From assembly GCF_009914755.1 (NCBI RefSeq), contig NC_060936.1: a DNA stretch of 64,000 nt; one strand, written 5' to 3'. The DNA is from the human T2T-CHM13v2.0 reference genome, Homo sapiens. Position numbers and translations under genes: made by a program. Each line of letters starts with the position of its first letter. The stretch's first letter is position 1. The notes beneath the pieces are model-generated. The model did no database searches and had not been told where the DNA came from. It saw only the letters and a program-made list of their open reading frames with translations. Below are positions 40,576-52,800 of the stretch, in pieces.

Positions 40576-41289
40576 TGTGCCAGTTATCAGTGTATTGTCT
40601 GTCAGCTCCAAATTCAGCCTTCTATTCCTCTTTTGACGTCATGGACTGCGGCGCTATTTCTCCTTTTCAGAGAGCATGATGTTAACCTTAGCCAGTAGAG
40701 GGCGCTGGAGGGACCCTGCAGGAGGAGGGGGCTTCTGGTTCTGGTGCACATCCTTTTCCTTCTTGATGCTTGCTGATGCATGGCCCATCAGCAGTGGCAT
40801 GAGGGTGGGAGCAGGGTTTGGGGGTTGGGGGTGCATCTGTAGTTCAGCTCTGTCCCACCCATGTGTGCCCAGAGTGTGCAGTTCATTGGCCACCTTGCAG
40901 CCCTGGCCTGGGCCTGGTAACCACCTTGCTGTGGCCCTCCCAATGTAACTTTGTCCTCTTAAGGCTCACGTTGGGATGCCCCACCTACCTCTGTGTGCCT
41001 GCCCCCAGCATCAACTCACCTGCTCCCTGGAGGGTTGTGTCCCGCTTACTTCACAACTGTGAGCCAACTCTGGCTCTGGGAACCCAGCAAACTTCTCGAC
41101 CATTCATGTTCTCTAGTGAGGTCCAATCCTGCAGTGGGTACCCTCCCTCAGCCCTAGAGTACCCTTCAGAGTGCTCCTTACATCTTTGTATTTACTCTCT
41201 TATCAGTAGTTTAATAATTTTTATATTAAACTTTCTCTGTTTAAATTACCGTGCAATTACTGTCTCTTAATTAAACCCAGGCTGTTACA
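40576..41289 (+). mobile_element. LTR41-family ERVL solo LTR
   Basis: tgtgccagttatc...cagctccaaattc...cagtagagggcgctggagggac...gctgttaca; TSD AACCT/TACCT. Confidence 0.8.
40692..40706 (+). promoter_or_regulatory. CTCF core motif
   Basis: CCAGTAGAGGGCGCT is a near-perfect CTCF core with its CpG retained. Confidence 0.75.
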
Positions 41290-41507
41290 TACCTTGAGTC
41301 TAAACTTCCTCTTTGGTAACTCAGATATTCTGGTTATGTTGTTTTCTCTAGATCTATATACACTATATTTGTTTCCTTTCCTATTAACATGCTATTTGGT
41401 GCTTAAGAAGTACTTATTGAGATGACTTGAGATCACATACAGACTGGATAGATGTGTTTGCAAAGCCTTTTTATTTGAAGAGATTATGTGGGTTGTGAAC
41501 TAGACTG

Positions 41508-41785
41508 TTGCTTCTCAACATGCAATATGTGCTAAAGGATCCTTTTTAAAATCTAATTTCTAAATTTGTCATAACCAATGGCTTTGTAATCATAATAAAG
41601 TGCTAGAAAATGGAATTTTAAAATGACATAGAACAGCAGCTCATTTCTTTTAGTATTAGACTCCACAAACATGTAATTACTCTATCAAACTGCTATAAAA
41701 GTTCCTAAATGTTTACCCTCAGTTTCGGTACTTGTGTTGCCGTGGGCTGGTAACACAGTCTGTGGACCACACTTTCAATAGCACT
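41508..41785. mobile_element. hAT-Charlie MITE
   Basis: tgcttctcaac...gtggaccacactttcaatagcact Charlie-type termini. Confidence 0.65.
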
Positions 41786-44700
41786 CATCAGGGCTGTTCC
41801 ACCAATGCCAGGAGTCACACTGTATTCTACTCCCTGATTCTCACATCTAATCCTCTTGTTGCACCTTGCTTGCCTATGAAGGGGTTGCTTTACAACTTCA
41901 GGGAGACAGTGACAGGAGTCTCATCCATCCTCCAGTCTGTCCATGCACCTTCTCCATCCAGCACATGCTCCTACTCAGCATTACTTCCATGAGTCCGTCC
42001 TAACCTATTGTAATGTGGGTTTCTTTCTCATACCCACAGTCCCTCTTCCATAGATCAGATAGTAGCGGTGGCAATGAAGTGTCCCCGTATTTCCCTGGGC
42101 TCCAGGCCACTGAATTCAAAAATAGACACAGGACCACTCTCCCTCCCTGCTCCCCACCCATTATGTTTGCAGCTGATAAGAGCTAGAAGCTGAGGGTTAT
42201 TTGCATATGTAACTTGTCTTGATAGCATGGATTGCACCTACTGGTAGAGCCAAAAGCCATGTGTCAGAGCTTGAATTCAGCCAATCAGGCAGGAAAATAC
42301 AAATGAACTAGCTGTGAGGTCCAGCAAAAACACCATAATTGTAGCTTTGAATGTTGAAATAGAGGTGAGCTATAGTTCCTAATCTCTCTGTCCTTTTATT
42401 CTGATGTGGGCATAGCATCCTCCTGTCTCTTAATTATTGTCATTATACCAGTCTATCTAAAACTATATTTGTAAAATCCATGGTAATTTCACTGAGTTTA
42501 TTTTCTCTGGGTTTGCATCCTGCCTTCCCAGCTCAGTTTGTCAGCCAAAGATTTATTCTGTATTCAGTAGAGCTTCCATCCCATTGTTGGTGTTCACTAG
42601 ATTGTAATAGAAATGCCATGCCACCAAATTGTGAAGAGAAGGTGTATTACATTGATACTGCCCCAATTTTACAGATGCTGCTCAGTGCCAAAGAGCTTTA
42701 ATAAAATGCCCAAGGTCACAGAGCAAATCCATTGTAGAATCAGGGGTGGAACCAGCTGTTGTGAATTTGGAGCCCACATCTCTTTTCAGGGTCTCAGACT
42801 GCCTCTCAGAGCCACAAGAGATACTCTTATCAATGTTGTTTGGTGGGTGTCCAGTTTACTGCAGTCGATACTGCCAAATGAAATCTTCAAATGCCAGAAG
42901 TATGCTGTCAGACAGTCTTCACCTTTATGAACTTCAGCGTTATAAGCAGCAGCAGCACAGACACAGCCAGGAAATCTATAGCCACAGTTAATGCTGATTG
43001 TTAAAAGTGTGTCTGCTTAGAAGTTGTTTTTGCCTGACAATGATTGATGCTAACATTCATTAAAACAACGGTGACAAAAATAACAAAAACCACAACCCAC
43101 CTGAAACAAAATCTAAGCTACCAGAAAGGTGGTCCATGGCTTCTATAGGGAACCTGGAAATCATGTCCCAATTAACCCAACTAATCTAATACAAAATGAT
43201 AGTCATGTTGAATATGCTGTTTCCAAACACTTCTTCCTTCCTCCTTCCTTTTTTCTTCCTCTTTTCCCCAGAATATTATGATGCCTTGCCCCTCACTCTA
43301 CCCTCCAGTCATTGGTGTTGGGTCAAGGCCTGTTGAAGTAGGAGTATGGAGACCTGGATGAAAAATAATTTAATGTAAATTGAGAGCATGCATTCTAACA
43401 TTTAAAATATACTAACTACTCAGGGCAAATACTGTGATGGAGTTTTAGCTACCTTCACCCTAATTCTTACACTACTCTTACAAGGCAAATTTTATAGATG
43501 AGGAAACCAAATCTCAGAGAAGGTAACTTGCTCATCATCTAGATGGTATGTGATTGGATTTCAAACTTGGGTCTTTCTGGCTCTAAATCTTATCCTTTTT
43601 CTGCCCTACTCCTCACCTTCCCTTTAAGAAATGGTAAGTTACATTAACTAGTAGTAGTGGCTTATTTATTTATCTTTAACACCAACTATTGGTGTTTGGT
43701 TGGGGTTGCAATAACAATCAATGTGAATTGGCCAAAATGTGAGCAAACCCTGGGTACTGAAAGCAGAAAAAGTTAAAATAGTTAAAAGTCAGTATTCTGA
43801 CTCTGCTGTATAGGTTTTGTTTTTAGATTACCAGTTGCTAATCATAAAGTCAAAGGAAAATAAGAAAGGAATCCTAACTTTCCTGGCATTTTAAGTCATT
43901 TGTTTTTCCATGACTTTAAAGCTTGACTGTTGACATGAGAAGGAATTTGAGCTGGGGATGCTTTCTCGGTGAGATTGAGAAGCTTTTCTTGTTCTGCCTT
44001 CATCCCCTGTTCACCCCTCAATTCCATGGTGCATGAAATCCCAAATCCGTTCACTTTTTTACTAAATTAGATGGAGCAAAACAGATTTGGGAATTCATCT
44101 TGTTCATGGGCTTAGTGGATATCTTTGTCTGGGGATAATTTAATATAATGTAGAGACAGTAATAATCATAAGGATATCTTGAATATGTTTGATTTCTTTA
44201 TTTCTATGAGATCATGGCATTACAAAGGCTTACTCGTAGAATACATCAGCACTTAATTCTTTTAGAATCAGTAGGCAGCAGTTAATGACTTCATTTTGCA
44301 GATGGCAAGACTGAGGCATATGGCCACATTAAAAGACCTGCCTGGGGAAATGTAGTCAATGATGGGGAACATAAGCCAAGAGCTGGAACTTCTTAATTCT
44401 TCATTTGATGTCAACTTAACAATACATTAAACTTGCAGATATCGCTGGCATTCTTTTCATTGCAACCATTTTAATTTCATAACAAATTTCTGGCTGAAAT
44501 CTATAGAAGTATCATTGAAACAATATTTCTGTGGTGGAATTCTAACAGTGAGTGAGGTATATTCTGCTCCATCAGCAATGAATATGTGAGAAACAATATT
44601 CTAAATGAAGCCAAACAGAGCTTTAGCTTCTGTGAGGACACTAGGGAAATATGAGACATGATCCTACCTTAAAAATATTCAGGGTCTGATTTGAGAAAAT

Positions 44701-45714
44701 AATTGCAGTCTCATGAAGTAATCACAGCACAAAGTATGTGGTGCTGACAAAAATAGCAAGAGGGATCAAGGGAACGTAGAGATTGCCTAGGAGATGGAGG
44801 GTCCATGGAAACAATAGTTGTTGAATCTTAAAGGGTGGAAACATTTCAGCAAGGACAAAAAGAGAGAAAGGAAGAACATCCCATTCAACATTTGTGTTGT
44901 ACTTTTTAGTTGGGAAAGTACCTTCATGTTCGTCATGGGACCGATCCCTGTAAGAACTCTGTAGGAGATATGATGATTATTCTGCATTTACTGGTGAGGA
45001 GTCTGAAGCTCAGAGAGGTTAAGTAGGTGTTCTAAGATGACACGGCTTGGTGCCAGATTCTTGGAGGGTCATAAAGCCAGGCAGAGAGGAATTCGTGTTC
45101 TGCTTAGACCAGGAGTAAAACATGATGACAATGAAATCCAGGAGGGTTGGAGAGATAGCAAACAGAGAGATGAGCCAGGGATCTCCCCCAGCCACCAAAG
45201 CACCGTTCTACTTCTGTCATGTATGCATTATACTTGTTTGTTCTAACCTGTCCATTCTGGTCTGTCTGTCCCCTGACTCTGAGCTCCTGGCAGAACTTCA
45301 CCTTTGATATCAGTCAGGTCCAACATAATGCTCGTCTTACAGGAGGTGCTAATAATATTTTGAATGAATGAATGAAGTAGCCATGGCTTTGATCTTGGCA
45401 TGGAGTAATGATAATCTGGTGACCACAATGGAATCAGAGCAGTAAAGGTGAACCCAAGGGAACCAGTAAAGAAGTAATAGGATTATAAAGAAGGAGGCCA
45501 CAGGGACATTTAAAGACCTCCTAATATTCTTTTTCTTAACCTGGGTGGGTAGATACATCGTTATTGTTCATTAAATGGGACCTACACATTCATACATTTT
45601 ATATTTCAAAAATAAAATGGAAAAAACTGAAAATAGAAAATATAAGTAATATTTGGTGAGAAGTTTGATATGAAAGATAATGGAAAACAAAATAACCTCA
45701 AGTTTATTAGTTTG

Positions 45715-47226
45715 TGTATTAGTCCGTTTTCAGGCTGCTGATAAAGACATACCTGAAACTGGGAAGAAAAAAAGGTTTAATTGGACTTATAGTTCCACAT
45801 GGCTGGGGAGGCCTCAGAATCATGGCAAGAGGTGAAAGGCACCTCTTACATCACGGCAGCCAAGAGAAAATGAGGAAGATGCAAAAGTGGGAACTCCTGA
45901 TGAATGCATCAGATCTCATGAGACTTAATCACTATCATGAGAATAGCACGGGAAAGACCGGCTCCTGCTAGGTCCCTCCCACAACACAAAGGAAGGCTCC
46001 TTGCTACTTATGCAAATTTCTGCAGCCAGCTGGAATTTCTCCCCAGAAAAATGGGTTTTTCTTTTCTATCAAATAGTCAGGCTGCAAATTTTCCAAACTT
46101 TTATGCTCTGCTTCCCTTACAAAACTGAATGCCTTTGACAGTACCCAAGTCACCTCTTGAATGCTTTGCTGCTTAGAAATGTCTTCCACCAGATACCCTA
46201 AATCATCTCTCTCAAGTTCAAAGTTCCACAAATCTCTAAGGCAGGGGCAAAATGCCGCCAGTCTCTTTGCTAAAACATAACAAGAGTCACCTTTACTCCA
46301 GTTCCCCACAAGTTCCTCATCTTCATCTGAGACCACCTCAGCCTGGACCTTATTGTCCATATCACCGTCAGCATTTTGGGCAAAGCCATTCAACAAGTCT
46401 CTAGGAAGTTTCAAACTTTCCCACATTTTTCTGTCTTCTTCTGAGCCCTCCAAATTGTCCCAACCTCTGCCTGTTACCCAGTTCCAAAGTCTCTTCCACA
46501 TTTTTGGGTATCCATTTAGTAGCACCCCACTCTACTGATACCAATTTACTGTATTAGTCTGTTTTCAATGCTGTTGATAAATACGTACTTGAAACCGGGA
46601 ACGAAAAGAGGTTTAATTGGACTTATAGTTCCACATTGGCTGGGGAGGCCTCAGAATCATGGCAGGAGGGAAAAGGCACTTCTTCTTCTTCTTTGTTTTT
46701 GTTTTTATTTGAGCTGAAGTCCAGCTCTGTTGCCCATGCTGGAGTGCAATGGCACAACCTCGGCTCACTGCAACCTCCGCCTCCTGGGTTCAAGCTATTC
46801 TCATGCCTCAGCCTTCTGAGTAGCTGTGACTACAGGTGTGCACCACCACCACGCCTGGCTAATTTTTGTATTTTTAGTAGAGAGGGGATTTCACCATGTT
46901 GGCTAGGATGGTCTCAAACTCCTGTCCTCAAGTGATCCGCCATCCTGGGCCTCCCAAAGTGTTGGAATTACAGGCATGAGCCACAGCGCCCAGCCAAGGC
47001 ACTTCTTACTCGTGACAGCAAGAGAAAATGAGGAAGAAGCAAAACTGGAACCCCCTGATAAACACATCAGGTCTCGTGAGACTTAATCACTATCACAAGA
47101 TTAGCATGGGAAAGACTGGCCCCCTGATTCAATTACCTCCCCCTGGGTCCCTCCCACAACATGTGGGAGTTCTGGGAGATACCATTCAAGTTGAGATTTG
47201 GATGGGGACATGGCCAAACCATATCA
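45715..47226 (-). mobile_element. THE1A MaLR provirus with internal deletion: 5' LTR 46550-47226, THE1-int ~45990-46549, truncated 3' LTR 45715-~45988
   Basis: Two similar LTR copies flank THE1 internal sequence (minus strand gtaaattggtatcagtagagtggggtgc...); this encodes the 173-aa ORF at 46004-46525. Confidence 0.92.
46685..46995 (-). mobile_element. AluS SINE inserted in the THE1A 5' LTR
   Basis: Antisense Alu with a perfect 12-bp TSD aaggcacttctt (46673-46684 / 46996-47007). Confidence 0.97.
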
Positions 47227-47769
47227 GCTTCACACACTTAAAGGATACTGCCCTGCCAGAAATGGGGTACTCGGAGGCAGAGGCAACAAGTTCAGTTTTA
47301 GGCATTTTTAGGGGGCTGTGCACCTGCAAGTCAAATGTTGGAGCCACTTCTTCATCCTGGGAATTCTCTTATTCCCTTTGCTTCTAGGCCCCACTCCCTG
47401 AGGATTTGACTGTCTTCTTTTAAATATTAGCATCTGCTTGATGTTAGAAGGGTTGCTTCTCTCTCAAGACAGATTTGGTAGTTGAATGATCTTTTTAGAC
47501 TCTCTCTTCATTAACGTTCCCCCAAATAAACTCATAGATACTTTTATTTAGAAATTTTATTGCTGACATCTGTAGAAGTATAGTTAAGGGTGAGCAAGAT
47601 AAGTGCTTGAGGAGTTAAATGTTTGCAGAAATCTTACAAAACTGTGAGTAACAGTCCCAAAGTAGAGTTTCTGTCTCCTCTTCCTAGAGAGTTCTCAAAA
47701 GTTTCTCTTAGTTGGTCCTGGGAGACTTTCTTAGATTATTCTAAGTGATAGTCTAAGCTCTTCCTATAT

Positions 47770-48010
47770 ACAACTAATCCTGGTTATGTGCTTATGATGT
47801 GCCAAGCAGTATGCTAAACCCAATACCCATAGTATCTCATTTACACCTCAAAAACCAGCCCTAGAGGTATATACTATTATTATCCCCGTTTTACAGATAA
47901 GGATATTGAGGCATAGAAAATGTAAACACTGAGCTCCTAGTAACACAGCTAATTGGTGGCAAAGTTGAGATTTGAGGCCAGGTTGCCTGATTTCAGAGCC
48001 TGTGCCTACT
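47770..48010 (-). mobile_element. MIR SINE
   Basis: attatccccgttttacagataaggatattgaggcatag. Confidence 0.85.
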
Positions 48011-48359
48011 TGTCTTTTAGTGTGTATGCTGCTCGGATGTAGCCCAAGAAGGGCTGAGGCAAGAAGCTTCTAGAAGTTTGCTGGAATCTGTGGTTCCTTT
48101 CTGAGTCATTCATTACAAGACAGACAACTTGGGCTCAGGTTGTCATTCCTGCCCTTACACATTCCTCTCCTAGGCTGTTGTGCAGCAGTATCAAAGATGC
48201 CTCCCTGTCCTCTCCTCTAGCTGGCCCCTAGAAATTCAGCTCTTGCCCCAGGCTCGCTCTCTCTCTTTCATGGAAAATCCCTTCAATATTCAGTTTCCCC
48301 AGATTTTTCCCCTGGGTTTTAAAATCATTCTGCATGGGCTTGCAATTATCTCTCCTTTG

Positions 48360-48870
48360 TCCTTCATTCACTTGTTCATTCAACAAAATGTTCAACAATA
48401 TATTATGTGCCAGGTAAGATGCTAAGACTCCGGAGAATACATAGATAAATAATTCATCACCCACATCCTCCAAGCTATTCATAGTCTTCAGGATATATAG
48501 GCATAAAAACAAATTCAATTCACTGCAGTAAATGCTAGGGAGGAGGTATGTGCAAACAGTGATGGGAACATATTTGGAGGTTAACCATGTTAGGGAGTCA
48601 GTGAAAGTTTGCATCAGAGTTTACTTTGGATGGGTGGAACATTTCTGGATTCATCAAGATAAAGGCAGATCATTCCAAAGAGAGAAAAGAGCACATGCAT
48701 AATATACAATGGCAGATAACAATGAATGTAAAGATTTAACTCAGTGATTCATTTACTCATCCACAAATATTTATTGTATATTTTGTGCAAAGCCTCGTGC
48801 TAGGTGTTCATGAGGCCACATAAATGTAGAGCTCCTTGCCCTCATGGAACTTTCTATCAAATAATTATTC
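48360..48870 (-). mobile_element. L2 3'-end fragments
   Basis: ttcattcaacaaaat...tatgtgccagg and catccacaaatatttattg...gccctcatggaactt. Confidence 0.65.
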
Positions 48871-49056
48871 TCAGTGAGGGAAGGCACTGCCACCCTAGTA
48901 GGTATTTGGAAATGTGAGGGTGGTTGTCACAATAACAATAGGCATTTAGTATCTAGATATTAGGGATGCTAAACATCCTGCAAGAAACTTGGAATTTCCA
49001 CACATTGAAAACTACCCTTTCCCAAATGCCAAGAGTACCCCTGTTGATGAATGCTG
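48865..49056. mobile_element. MER20-like hAT-Charlie MITE
   Basis: tggttgtcacaat...ggcatttagt...agggatgctaaacatcctgcaa...caaatgccaagagtacccctgttga. Confidence 0.7.
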
Positions 49057-50295
49057 TTGAGGAATGCTGTGAATAGCAGAAATTTCACACACATACATGC
49101 ACATACAAACATACGCAGGCACATATGTGTATACTTGCATGTATACACGTGTACAAATACACATGTATACACATGTACAAATACAGATGTGCCCACAGGA
49201 TGAACTGGGATTCCCGATTTAGTCAGCCAAGGATAGAGAATGTACCAGAAGCAAATGCAGGAAATCTTGAGTTGGTTTTGGTTTCCCCTTTTTCCACTAT
49301 AGTGTGTGTTGCTGGAGAGACACAGTTTGCATGGCTATGAACACATTCTCTAGTGGCATAAGTTACCATTCTGTGACACCTGATGACAATAAACTGCCAC
49401 CTTCCTTTAAAAAAAATTATAAAAATTGGTTCTCCTGGGTCTTGAAGAAATCCCTCAGCTTCTGCAAGGCCACATGCTAATGAAGGAGAAAGCAGAGACA
49501 ATACCCACATTTCCCTGCAATCTCTCTCTCCCTTGAGCGATTCTGTAACCTGAAAAACCCACTTGCCTGCGCAACCCTAGGAGAAACTAAAAAGGCAGGT
49601 TGGGCGAAATTTTGAAACTCCTTGGATTCAGTGCTGAGGATTTCAGACTTTACCTTGAGAGCAATGGGGAGCCACTGAAGGCTTCTAATTAGAGAAGAAA
49701 TTTTTAAAACTAAAAAGTGGGTATCTTAGAGAAGACTTTTGGAATTTATATTTTTAGAAAAGCGAATCATTCTGGCTGGGTTGAAGAGGCGGGATGAGAG
49801 AAAGGGAAAGACTGCAAGTAGGGAGACTAACGAGAAGACTATTACATTCTTCTGGGCATGAGATGATGAGGGCTTGAATTTTTGTTTAAGCAGTAGTTAT
49901 GAGAATGGATTTGAAATAAATGTAGGATAAAAGGGAAGTAAACTCAGCTGATGATCAGCAGGTGAGAGAGAGAGAGAGGAGTTGAAGTTTATGGGGAAGT
50001 GAAAGTCGTGCCAGGCTCTGTTTATAAATTAATTCAGTTCTCACAACACTAAGATGTACATATTATCCCCATTTGTAGATGAGGAAACAAACTCAATATA
50101 ATTAAATAACTGACAGTTTAACTCAATAATATGTGTAATGTGCCTCACTTCTGCTAGGTGTTGAGCTTACAAAGATGGGATAAAAAGTGGGGGTCATCCC
50201 ATATTTATTTCTTATTTTCATTGCTTGGTTCCCGGACTCATATATTCTACTTATTAAAGCCACAGAACTATATAATGGCCATTGATTTAGAATGT

Positions 50296-50790
50296 TGTAT
50301 TAGTTCTCTATTGCTGCTGTAAGCAATTATCACAACACAGGTGTGGCTTAGAACACAATTTTATTATATTGCTGTTCTGGAGATGAAAAGTTTGAAATGA
50401 GTCTCACTGGGATAAAATCAAGGTGTCAGCAGGGATTTGTTCTTTTCAAGGCACTAGGGAAGATCTATTTCTCTGACTTTCTAGCATCTACAGGCCACCT
50501 CTATGTCTTGGCTTATCGCCCCTTCCTCCATCTTCAAAGCCAGCAGTGTAGCATCTTTCAGTCTCTCTCTGACTCCCCTCCCTGCTGTGTCATTCATTTC
50601 TTTATTTGCCTCTCCTACCTCTCCCTCCTTCACTCATAAGGACCCTGTGATTACATTGAGCCCACCTGGATAATCCAGAGTGATTTTCCCTTTCCAAAGT
50701 CCCTTTTGCCATATAGGGTAAATTATTCATAGGTTCTGTGGATTTGGATATAGACATCTTGGGGGTAGGAAGGTCCTGATTCTGGCTACA
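50296..50790 (-). mobile_element. MLT1D-like MaLR solo LTR
   Basis: tgtattagttctctattgctgctgtaa...aaggaccctgtgattacattgagcccacctggataatccag. Confidence 0.88.
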
Positions 50791-51694
50791 AGAGATGTAT
50801 CCTATGTTCTGGAGAATAGCCCACATCCTTGCAGGATGACATGCTAAGCTGTTTTCTTAGCTGTGCCTTCCAAGGGCCTTTCCATAGCTTTATCAGATTG
50901 GCAGCTTCTGGTGGGTGGGATGTAATAGGGAAGTGGATCCCATGGTTTCATGCTGACTGATGAAAGAGGCCAGTTCATGTCAGTTGGCCAAGTTGGTTGT
51001 TTGATAAATGCCTTTTACATCATGGATGTTCCCATAGGTCTATTTACATGAATTCTTCCAATAACTTCTTGTCCCTGATTTTCAGATCTTTGTACTTCCC
51101 AGGGCCATGATCGATTAGCCAAGCTATTCAAAACTGTCCAAGAGTCTACACATTCTTTTACCTTGAACCATTTCTTAGTCCTCACAAAGCAGACGGCCAG
51201 GTATACCATTCAAAGTTTCGTCCGATGAGAGGATTTTCTCTTATTGCTGTTTTTCAGGGCTGCAGAAGTCCATTTTGGTTTGCATTTACACACTGAACCA
51301 ATTCATTTGGAAACTGAGCTTAGTGTTTTTTGCTCTGTCATCAGCTGAATATAAGGGACCCCACCATGGGATCATAGGTATGAGCTGAGGGGGAGGTGAT
51401 GGTGCAACAGTGGTGACATGGGGGTCTGGGTCATGTGCTTGTGCAGCATACTTGTGCCCTGTGACCCTGCTTGTGCCTCACCGCAGATGTATTATTTCAA
51501 TCTTATCATGAATTGTTATTGGGCGTGTCCAAACTTATTATTCAGGGTATGTATGCCAGTGCCAGCTCCTGATGGGGAGTTCTTGCTTCCTGGTCACATG
51601 ATTCCTATGCTCAGACACTCAGTCTCCAAGGCCTAGGAATTGTTTTCTGGATAGTATATGCTAGCATACTAGGAATTGTTTTCTGAATAGTATA

Positions 51695-52052
51695 TGATAT
51701 AGTTTGGCTGTGTCTGCATCCAAATCTCACCTTGCATTGTAATAATCCCCATGTGTCAAGGGTGGGGCCAGGTGGAGATAATTGAATCATGGGGGCAATT
51801 TCTGCCATACTGTTCTCATGATAGTCAATAATTCTCACGAGATCAGATAGTTTTATAAATGGGGGTTCCCCTGCACAAGCTCTCTCTTGCCTGCTGCTAT
51901 GTAAGACATGTCTTGCTTCCCCTTCACTTTCTGCCATGATTGTGAGGCCTCTCCAGCCACGTGGAGCTGTGAGTCAATTAAACCTCTTTCCTTTATAAAT
52001 TACCCAGTCCCAGGTATGTCTTAATTAGCAGCATGAGAAAAAGACTAATACA
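51695..52052 (+). mobile_element. THE1B/C solo LTR
   Basis: tgatatagtttggctgtgtc...gactaataca; perfect 5-bp TSD GTATA. Confidence 0.95.
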
Positions 52053-52150
52053 GTATATAATTATACAATGCAGATGGCATGGCTTTGCTTAAGAATCCTA
52101 AGGGGTCTACACTGTAGATCTCTTATTGGGCCTTTTGCCATATAGCTCCA

Positions 52151-52800
52151 TGTGAAGAGTTTAAGCCAACTAAAAAGTTAGAGGAAATAGTTTCCACAAG
52201 ACTGTTCTCACTTTTGACACCAACTGGATGTTTGAGGGGTTTCCAAAACTAACCTCAGTTTTGATAATTCAGTAGAGGAACTCACAGAACATGCTGAAAG
52301 TGATTACACTCATAGTTATGGTTCATTACAGGGAAAGAATACAGATTAAAATCAGCCAAGGAAAAAAGTACAAAGAGCAGAATCTGGGGAAGTACCAAAC
52401 GTGGACCTTCTGTTATCCTCACCCTGTGGAGTCAGGACACATTACTTTCCTGGCATTGGTGTGTGACAATGCCCACAGACCATTGCCAATCAAGGAAGCT
52501 CACCCAACCTCGATGTTCAGAGTTTTTATTGGGCTCCATTATTTTTGGCATGATTGATTCATCTTAATCTCCAGGCCAACTGATACCATGTGACTCAAAG
52601 TCCCCACTCTAATTCACATTGTTCGTCTTCCTGGCATAGCCAGCCTCAACCCTAAAGTGTCATTAGCCCCATCCGAAACCACATTGTTACTGTCTGGCCA
52701 GCCCAAAGTCTCCATACGAACAGAGATTATCTCTCAGGAGCCATGGACAAAGGCCAGAACTTATTTTGTGCAAGGTTAAATTCTTTGTTGCATACTACAC
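52151..52800 (-). mobile_element. MER21-family ERV LTR
   Basis: ggaactcacagaac...ttacagggaaagaatacagattaaaatcagccaagg...aaaggccagaac. Confidence 0.8.

Noticed and set aside
40234-41270. ORFs of 79-150 aa
   Set aside because: Derived from an antisense Alu and LTR41.
46004-46525. Longest ORF (173 aa) as a host gene
   Set aside because: Lies within the THE1 internal region; it is the common MaLR internal ORF remnant.
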